From: Candidatus Bathyarchaeota archaeon
GTDB lineage: Archaea > Thermoproteota > Bathyarchaeia > Bathyarchaeales > Bathycorpusculaceae
NCBI GenBank assembly: GCA_963714725.1
Contig: CAVQPF010000015.1
Location: forward strand, 50,213 to 114,212
Length of the DNA stretch: 64,000 nucleotides
Direction: 5' to 3'
Shown in pieces: positions 57,505 through 64,000 of the stretch (the stretch's first letter is position 1; each line of letters starts with the position of its first letter). The position numbers were made by a program, and so were the translations under genes. The notes beneath the pieces are model-generated. The model had not been told where the DNA came from, did no database searches, and saw only the letters and a program-made list of their open reading frames with translations.

Positions 57505-58176
57505 TTGCTATTAGAAGGCATCTTTGACTGGATGGAAAAATTTTCAGTTCAATATGGTTATCTAGGTGTTTTTTTTATAAGTTTAATTGGGTCAATGTCA
57601 GTTTTTGTTCCCATACCGTATACCATTATTATTTTTACTATGGGAGGTATTTCTAGTTTTGAACCAATATGGATTGCAGTTGCCGCGGGGATAGGCTCTT
57701 CGATAGGCGAGTTTTCGGGTTATCTAATAGGAGTTGGTGGCAGAAAAGTAATTAGTGATAAATATCGAAAGAAAATGGATTTTTTAATGAAATTATTCAA
57801 AAAGTTTGGACCTATCGCTATTTTTGTTTTTGCTCTAACTCCTCTTCCCGACGATTTACTTTTTATTCCACTAGGTGTGATGCGTTACAGTTTGCTTCGT
57901 GCTTTTATTCCAGCATTACTTGGAAAATTCTTTTCAAATTTAATAATTGCTTATAGTGGCCGTTGGTCTTTGGAAATTATTAGTTCTCTATTTGGTTTAG
58001 AGGGCGAAGGCAGTTCTCTAATTGTTGGAACTTTGATTGGTCTAATTCTCATGATAATAGTGATAATAATTATGTTTAAGGTAGATTGGGAAAAATATTT
58101 CTCTAAATACGTAAATCCTCTACCTCCTCAATCTGAAACTTCAAAAGAAGATATAGCTGATATTGACAATTTGTAA
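57505..58176 (+). CDS. DedA/VTT-family membrane protein
   Basis: Polytopic membrane protein with a 'GxxxxGExxGY' pattern ('GIGSSIGEFSGYLIG') and re-entrant-helix layout typical of DedA. Confidence 0.45.
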   Translation: MLLEGIFDWMEKFSVQYGYLGVFFISLIGSMSVFVPIPYTIIIFTMGGISSFEPIWIAVAAGIGSSIGEFSGYLIGVGGRKVISDKYRKKMDFLMKLFKKFGPIAIFVFALTPLPDDLLFIPLGVMRYSLLRAFIPALLGKFFSNLIIAYSGRWSLEIISSLFGLEGEGSSLIVGTLIGLILMIIVIIIMFKVDWEKYFSKYVNPLPPQSETSKEDIADIDNL

Positions 58177-58531
58177 TAATCTAATTTTAACCAACAAGAA
58201 AATACAACTAAATTTAACAAGTTAATATTTATTTTAGGATAAGTCCAAAAATTGAGGACAATAGCAGACGCTGACTATTCCTCTTAATTTATTATTTATC
58301 TTCTTCTCTTGTATTGTTTTTAACCTCTCTACTATTTCAAAACTTAAACAAGAGGAAATATTCCTGAAATGAGAGAATATTAGTCGTTTCTGGAAGCTTC
58401 CTAGAACTTTTCCCTCTTTTTTATTTTAATTTTTTTGATCATTCCTGAAAGTTCTTAAAGAAGAAAAGAGATAACTCCCTGAAAGAAGAGACTTCACAAT
58501 GATTTTGAGAACAGTAAAGGACGTGATTTAA

Positions 58532-59815
58532 ATCCGAGTAATTGCCGACCTCCATATTCATAGTCGATTTAGTCGTGCAACAAGTCCAAAAATGGATCTG
58601 AAAGAAATTGCGCGGTTTGCAAAAATAAAGGGTCTCAATTTAGTCGGTTCAGGTGATTTTACTCATCCAAAATGGTTTGATCAAATAAAAAATGTTCTAA
58701 TACCCGATCCTGAAACCGGTCTCTTTAGAATATCCGAATATATTGAAGATTCTGTACGTTTTATGTTAACAACTGAAGTTTGCACAATTTTTTCTTTTGA
58801 AAATTCTGTAAAAAAAATCCATCATGTTATCTTTGCTCCAAATCTGGAAGTTGTAACACAAATAAATGAAGTTCTGAAAAACTTTGGAAATCTGGATTCA
58901 GATGGTCGACCAATATTAAAAATGAGTGCTCCTGAGTTGGTTGAAAAAATAATGGCTATTTCAAATAAGAATATGATTTTTCCCGCTCATATTTGGACTC
59001 CCTGGTTTAGTGTTTTTGGAGATTTTAGCGGTTTTAATAAAATCAAAGACTGCTATCAAGATATGACCAAACATATCTATGCGGTAGAAACTGGTCTTTC
59101 ATCCGATCCACCAATGAACTGGCGTTTGAGCGGTCTTGACAAATTTACTTTACTTTCAAATAGCGATTGCCATAGCTTTTGGCCTTGGCGAATAGGAAGA
59201 GAAGCAAACGTCTTTGATCTTCATACACTTATGTATGGAGAAGTGATTGATGCGATTAAGAATAAAGAATCTCAGAGGTTAAAATTCACGATAGAAACGG
59301 ATCCGGGATATGGAAAATATCATTGGACTGGTCACCGAAAATGTAACATTTCTTTACCACCAGAACAAGCAGAGCGATTCAATTCGATTTGTCCAGTGTG
59401 TCGAAAAAAACTCACTAAAGGTGTTGAGCAAAGAGTTAATGAGCTTGCTGACCGACCAATCAATTATAAGCCTTCTAATGCTCCAGGATTTTTACGATTG
59501 CTTCCTCTCTCTGATATAATCTCTTCAGTTATCAATGCTGGATCTCCATCAACTCAAGCTGTCTGGAAAATTTATAATAGTTTAGTTAATAGTTTTGATA
59601 ATGAATATTCTGTAATGATTGATATTCCTGAGGTTGATTTGCTAAAAATCGTTGATTCTAAAATAGTTTCTGCGATTATTAAAGTTCGAACGGGTAATTT
59701 TAGAGTTATTCCAGGATTTGATGGAGTATACGGAGAGCTAGATTTAGACTCTAATAATATGGAAAAAAAATTGCGTTTTGGAAGTGTAAAACAAACTAAT
59801 ATTGATGATTTTTAG
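58532..59815 (+). CDS. EndoQ-like PHP-domain protein (TIGR00375-type); start codon uncertain
   Basis: PHP His-x-His motif 'ADLHIHSRFSRA' is encoded at 58544-58579, upstream of the first ATG (58592). It is 2 codons downstream of an in-frame TAA (58529-58531). C-terminal 'CPVC' Zn motif. TAG stop. Confidence 0.45.
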   Translation: MRVIADLHIHSRFSRATSPKMDLKEIARFAKIKGLNLVGSGDFTHPKWFDQIKNVLIPDPETGLFRISEYIEDSVRFMLTTEVCTIFSFENSVKKIHHVIFAPNLEVVTQINEVLKNFGNLDSDGRPILKMSAPELVEKIMAISNKNMIFPAHIWTPWFSVFGDFSGFNKIKDCYQDMTKHIYAVETGLSSDPPMNWRLSGLDKFTLLSNSDCHSFWPWRIGREANVFDLHTLMYGEVIDAIKNKESQRLKFTIETDPGYGKYHWTGHRKCNISLPPEQAERFNSICPVCRKKLTKGVEQRVNELADRPINYKPSNAPGFLRLLPLSDIISSVINAGSPSTQAVWKIYNSLVNSFDNEYSVMIDIPEVDLLKIVDSKIVSAIIKVRTGNFRVIPGFDGVYGELDLDSNNMEKKLRFGSVKQTNIDDF

Positions 59816-59969
59816 TAAAAAAAGCATTTTTAAGTTACATTTTTTTAGAATCATTTTTTTTATTTTTCTAAATAGATTATATATTCATTATTTTTAAGAA
59901 ATTATGCAAAACGATTTTATTCTTTTGATATACTCATATATTTAATGTTGATTATAAGGTAGATTACAT

Positions 59970-61355
59970 TTGAAAGATCTTCTTACTAAAATTAATAGTT
60001 TGGCAGTAGATAATTTTTCAGCGGAATATTCAGAGGTTCGCGCTCAGAAATTGAAAAAAACTTTACTTGCTGTAAAAGAAGGAAGAGTTGAAGCAGCTAA
60101 ACAAGGTATCGAAAGTGGTGTTGCTATGCGTGTTCTAGTTAATGGTGCTTGGGGATTCTCTTCAGTTGGATCTTTAGATCTCCAAAAATTAAAAACTGCT
60201 ATTTCTAATGCCTGTAGAATGGCTAAAGTTCTAAGTACACGAATGAAAAAACCCATAAAACTCGCTGAAACTAAAGTAATAAACGATAAAATAATTGTAG
60301 ATGCTGAAAAAAACCCGGCAACAATATCAATGGAAGAAAAGATAAAAACAACTTTAGCAATAAATCAATCCAGTCTAAGTTATGATAAGCGAGTAAAAAG
60401 TTGCACAATCGATTATTTGGATCTTTTTGGAACCAATTATTATTCTACTAGTGAGGGAACCTTTATCGAACAAGACAAACTTTATGTTTGGTCCAGAATA
60501 ACTTCTTCAGCTTTTAGCAATGGTGGTTTTACGTTTAGTAGAGAAGAAATTGGATCTACTGCAGGCTACGAAATTTTTGATAAACAACCTCCAACAGTTA
60601 TAGGTGAAAAAGTTGCTAAACGTGCGATAACTCAATTAGACGCAAAACCTGTTAAAGGAGGAAAATCGACTGTGGTCTTAGGACCTAACGTTGTTGGCGT
60701 TTTTGTTCATGAAGCTTTTGGTCATCTTGCTGAAGCTGATTTAGCTTTATCTGGTGGTGTATTATTCAATAGAATTGGGGAAAAAATTGGTTCAAATATA
60801 GTTACTCTTTATGATGATGGTACTGTGAGGGATGCTTTTGGATCATTCAAGTATGATGATGAAGGTGTCCCAAGTCAAAAGACCCTTCTTGTTAAAGATG
60901 GAATAGTAGAAGGTTTGATGCATAATCGCGAAACTGCTCAAAAATTTAATATGACTCCCACTGGAAATTCGAGAGGAGAAAGTTTTCGTGTTGAGCCTAT
61001 AATAAGAATGAGAAATACCTACATGGCTCCCAAAGATCACTCTTTTGGCGAACTACTTGAAGGTATATCTTCAGGTTATTATATGAAAAGTTTCAGAGGT
61101 GGCCAAGCAAACTTGGATGGCACTTTTCAGGTTGGAGTGCAAGAAGCCTATGAAATAGTCGATGGTGAATTAGGGACTCCTATTAGAAACGTATCAATTA
61201 GTGGAAACACTCTTGAAACACTTTTAAAAATAGATGCAGTAGGAAATGATTTTGAATTATGGCCAGGAAGATGTGGAAAAGGGCAAACAGCATTTGTTTG
61301 TGATGGTGGACCCCATATTAGAATTAAAGAGGTGATAGTTGGTGGCAGTGCTTGA
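59970..61355 (+). CDS. tldD: TldD-family metalloprotease
   Basis: '[12 protein letters not shown]' HExxxH motif, 'GNSRGESF'. TTG start. Confidence 0.75.
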   Translation: MKDLLTKINSLAVDNFSAEYSEVRAQKLKKTLLAVKEGRVEAAKQGIESGVAMRVLVNGAWGFSSVGSLDLQKLKTAISNACRMAKVLSTRMKKPIKLAETKVINDKIIVDAEKNPATISMEEKIKTTLAINQSSLSYDKRVKSCTIDYLDLFGTNYYSTSEGTFIEQDKLYVWSRITSSAFSNGGFTFSREEIGSTAGYEIFDKQPPTVIGEKVAKRAITQLDAKPVKGGKSTVVLGPNVVGVFVHEAFGHLAEADLALSGGVLFNRIGEKIGSNIVTLYDDGTVRDAFGSFKYDDEGVPSQKTLLVKDGIVEGLMHNRETAQKFNMTPTGNSRGESFRVEPIIRMRNTYMAPKDHSFGELLEGISSGYYMKSFRGGQANLDGTFQVGVQEAYEIVDGELGTPIRNVSISGNTLETLLKIDAVGNDFELWPGRCGKGQTAFVCDGGPHIRIKEVIVGGSA

Positions 61356-62706
61356 AAAGGAAATTATGCTCGATTTAGCAGACTATGCTGTGAATTCAGC
61401 TCTTCAAAAGGGGGCATCTGAAGTTGAAGCATATCTCTATGAAGGACATTCTACAAACATTGGTATCGAAAGAGGGCAGGTCACTAAAAGCAACAAAATA
61501 GTTGATCAAGGTTTAGGAATAAGGGTTGTTGTAAAAAAAGCATTGGGATTTGCTTATACAAATGATATCGAAAATAAGACTATAATAAATGACGTGATTG
61601 TAAGTGCGTTAAATGCTGCAAAGGCTAGCAAACCTGATAAACATTGGAGTGGCTTTCCAGGAAAAAAACTGTATGGTCTAGTAGAAAAATTATATGATAG
61701 AAAAATCGTTAAACTACATTCAACAGATTTAATTCCACTTGCTTATGAGATGCTAGATGCTGCTATGACCTTTGGAAAGAATGTTTTGCCTATTGAGGGA
61801 GGTCTAAGTTCTGCTTTCTTCTTAAATGCAATTGCTAACTCAAATGGTGTTAGAGCTTTTGATAAAGGGACTTATATTGATTGTAGTTTAGCAGCTTCAG
61901 TGAAAAAAAAGAACACCGTTACTCCCGTGTGTTTCGAATTTAACGCTGAAAGAACCTATAACATAAATCCTGTGTGGGTTGGAAAAGAAGCAGCACGTTT
62001 AGCTTCTTCGGCATTAAATACTAAGAGAATTGAAACAAGAACAACTAATCTTATACTTACGCAATTTGCACTTCAGAGTTTATTTTCTAACACTTTAATT
62101 AACTCTGTAAAGGCTGATAATGTTCAAAGAAACCAATCACCTTTTAAAGATAAAATAGGTGAAAAAATTGGTTCAGACCTGCTTACTATACAAGATGATG
62201 GATTATTGGTTGGAGGGTTGGGATCTTCACCATTTGATGGTGAAGGAGTTCCTCAACAGAAAACTAATATTGTTAAGAAGGGAGTTCTGAAGAACTTTCT
62301 TTACGATAATTACACTGCGAAAAAAGAAGGAAAAGAAAGCACTGGAAATGCGTCAAGAGCTGGATATTTGTCAACACCTAATATTGGAACTACAAATTTT
62401 CGGATAATGCCAGGAAATCAGACACCTGAACAATTAATTGAAGAAGTTGATGATGGTCTCTTAATTTATTATCTACAAGGAGCTCATAGTAGTAATCCTG
62501 TGAACGGAGAATTTTCTGTTGTAGCTACTCCAGCATGGAAAATTACGAAAGGAGAGATAACCCATTCTACTAGAGGTGTAATGTTGTCAGGTAATATTTT
62601 TGAAGTTCTAAAAAATGTGAGTCTAATTGCTAATAATGAAAGAAAATTAGGTTCAATTATCGCACCTTGGGTTTTAGTAAAAAATGTTCGTATTATTGGA
62701 GAATAG
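61339..62706 (+). CDS. pmbA: PmbA/TldE-family protein (TldD partner)
   Basis: Paralogous TldD/PmbA fold without HExxxH. Overlaps the tldD stop (operon). TAG stop. Confidence 0.65.
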   Translation: MVAVLEKEIMLDLADYAVNSALQKGASEVEAYLYEGHSTNIGIERGQVTKSNKIVDQGLGIRVVVKKALGFAYTNDIENKTIINDVIVSALNAAKASKPDKHWSGFPGKKLYGLVEKLYDRKIVKLHSTDLIPLAYEMLDAAMTFGKNVLPIEGGLSSAFFLNAIANSNGVRAFDKGTYIDCSLAASVKKKNTVTPVCFEFNAERTYNINPVWVGKEAARLASSALNTKRIETRTTNLILTQFALQSLFSNTLINSVKADNVQRNQSPFKDKIGEKIGSDLLTIQDDGLLVGGLGSSPFDGEGVPQQKTNIVKKGVLKNFLYDNYTAKKEGKESTGNASRAGYLSTPNIGTTNFRIMPGNQTPEQLIEEVDDGLLIYYLQGAHSSNPVNGEFSVVATPAWKITKGEITHSTRGVMLSGNIFEVLKNVSLIANNERKLGSIIAPWVLVKNVRIIGE

Positions 62707-62734
62707 CAGTTTTGTCTATTAATAAAATATTGAT

Positions 62735-63943
62735 TTACGCCCAAAAACTTTTTGAATATTCACCTAAAACTGATTTATAGATTTTTTCTGTTTTTAAGGC
62801 TATTTTCTTCCAATTATATTTTTCTTTTATTTTTTTATAAGCATTTTTTCTTAGATAAGCGCTAAATTTCTCATCTAATAATATTTTTGTAACTCCCCAT
62901 GCCAAAGATTCAGGATCGTTTGGATATATTTTGACTCCAGTTAAATTATGATCAACAATTTCAGATAAACCACCAGTGTCTGAAACTACTACTGGACTTC
63001 CAGCTGCCATCGCTTCAAGTGCCACTATTCCAAATGGTTCAAATAGTGAAGGTACTACTGAAACATCAGCATATTTTTGTAATTTTAACAGAATATCCCC
63101 TTCCAAAAAACCGGCGAAAAGTACTTTATGTTCTAAATTCATACTTTTAACTATATCTGAAAGTTGCTCTTTCATATAGCCACTGCCAACAATTATGAAT
63201 TTTGCATCGACTTTCTCTAAAATCTTAGGAACAGCGTTTACTAGAACATGAATTCCTTTTTCGTATACTAGTCTCCCTACATAAAGGACTATTTTTTCCT
63301 CTGGCAAAGCAAACCTTGTTCGAAATTCTTTTTCTTCACTTTTATTAATGTCTTCATACCCCTGAGTTTTTACACCATTTGGGATCATAACTAGTTTATC
63401 TTCTGGCAATCCATAAACCCATCTAGCATGTGAGATCATGTAATCGCTGCAACAAATTACCTTCCATGCTTCATAAGTCAACCAAGCTTCTGTTTCATGA
63501 ATCATTTTTTCAGTCTGGGTGTGAACTCCATCTCTCCTTCCCATCTCAGTTGAGTGTACAGTAACTAAAAGGGGCTTCCTAAACACATGTTTTAAACCTA
63601 TACCTGCAGTTGCCACAAGCCAATCATGAGCATGAAAAATATCAATTTTCTTTTCGATTTTAGCTGCAATACCTGCCGCCTCTTTTTGCATATTCATATT
63701 CATTAAGTATATCCAAGAGGCAAAATCTGGAGATGGATTTTTGTATGAATCTATTCGATATACTTCTACACCATCAATAACTTCATAGGCAAGAGCACCT
63801 GGGAAATCGCATGTTACAACGTGAACTTTAACACCAATTTCAGCAAGATTTTTAGATAAAAAGAACACATGAGGTGATATTCCCCCAATTACTCTTGGTG
63901 GATATTCCCAAGATAACATCATAACGTTAAGCTCTTTTTTCAT
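62735..63943 (-). CDS. Glycosyltransferase family 4 (GT-B, group 1)
   Basis: N-terminal 'MMLSWEYPPRVIGGISPHV' and C-terminal 'SLFEPFGIVALEAMAAGSPVVVSDTGG' GT4 motifs. Confidence 0.65.
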   Translation of the reverse strand: MKKELNVMMLSWEYPPRVIGGISPHVFFLSKNLAEIGVKVHVVTCDFPGALAYEVIDGVEVYRIDSYKNPSPDFASWIYLMNMNMQKEAAGIAAKIEKKIDIFHAHDWLVATAGIGLKHVFRKPLLVTVHSTEMGRRDGVHTQTEKMIHETEAWLTYEAWKVICCSDYMISHARWVYGLPEDKLVMIPNGVKTQGYEDINKSEEKEFRTRFALPEEKIVLYVGRLVYEKGIHVLVNAVPKILEKVDAKFIIVGSGYMKEQLSDIVKSMNLEHKVLFAGFLEGDILLKLQKYADVSVVPSLFEPFGIVALEAMAAGSPVVVSDTGGLSEIVDHNLTGVKIYPNDPESLAWGVTKILLDEKFSAYLRKNAYKKIKEKYNWKKIALKTEKIYKSVLGEYSKSFWA

Positions 63944-64000
63944 TTTTTTCCCGATCCCTCTGAAATACCCTTGAATATGTTTCTAATGGTCAAAAAATTT

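Overview
AT-rich (roughly 30% G+C by eye) archaeal chromosomal segment. It is densely packed with information-processing genes: r-proteins L21e, L10e, S27e, L44e, S3Ae, S26e, S25e and S17e; RNAP subunits F, L and K; aIF2-alpha; Nop10; Csl4; PCNA; PriS; MCM; candidate GINS subunits; thermosome; SerRS; class-I LysRS; histone; Alba; KsgA; Pus10. Housekeeping metabolism is also present: GDH, PyrC, TrpB2, MoaD/MoaE, Tmk. TTG and GTG starts are used, so several 'M' starts in the ORF track are really TTG/GTG. Two tRNAs were found by eye: tRNA-Glu(UUC) on the minus strand and tRNA-Arg(GCG) on the plus strand.

The main non-housekeeping feature is a ~1.6 kb integrated mini-element, flanked by perfect 95-bp direct repeats, inserted at the 5' end and promoter of tRNA-Arg. 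It carries an SSV-type partitioned tyrosine integrase (N-terminal fragment at the left end, catalytic part at the right end reading antisense through the tRNA) and a small zinc-ribbon ORF. It sits beside a decayed repeat-protein gene and a divergent pair of zinc-ribbon-tailed SPFH-like and Spo0M/arrestin-like membrane-associated proteins.

Separately, ppsA and the adjacent dph2 are broken by six single-base (-1) frameshifts plus one in-frame TAG, all within ~1.9 kb. A DegT aminotransferase gene has a +1 frameshift, and an EndoQ-like PHP gene has an in-frame TAA just upstream of its catalytic HxH motif. These are either genuine pseudogenes or local sequence errors. No CRISPR array or rRNA was seen.
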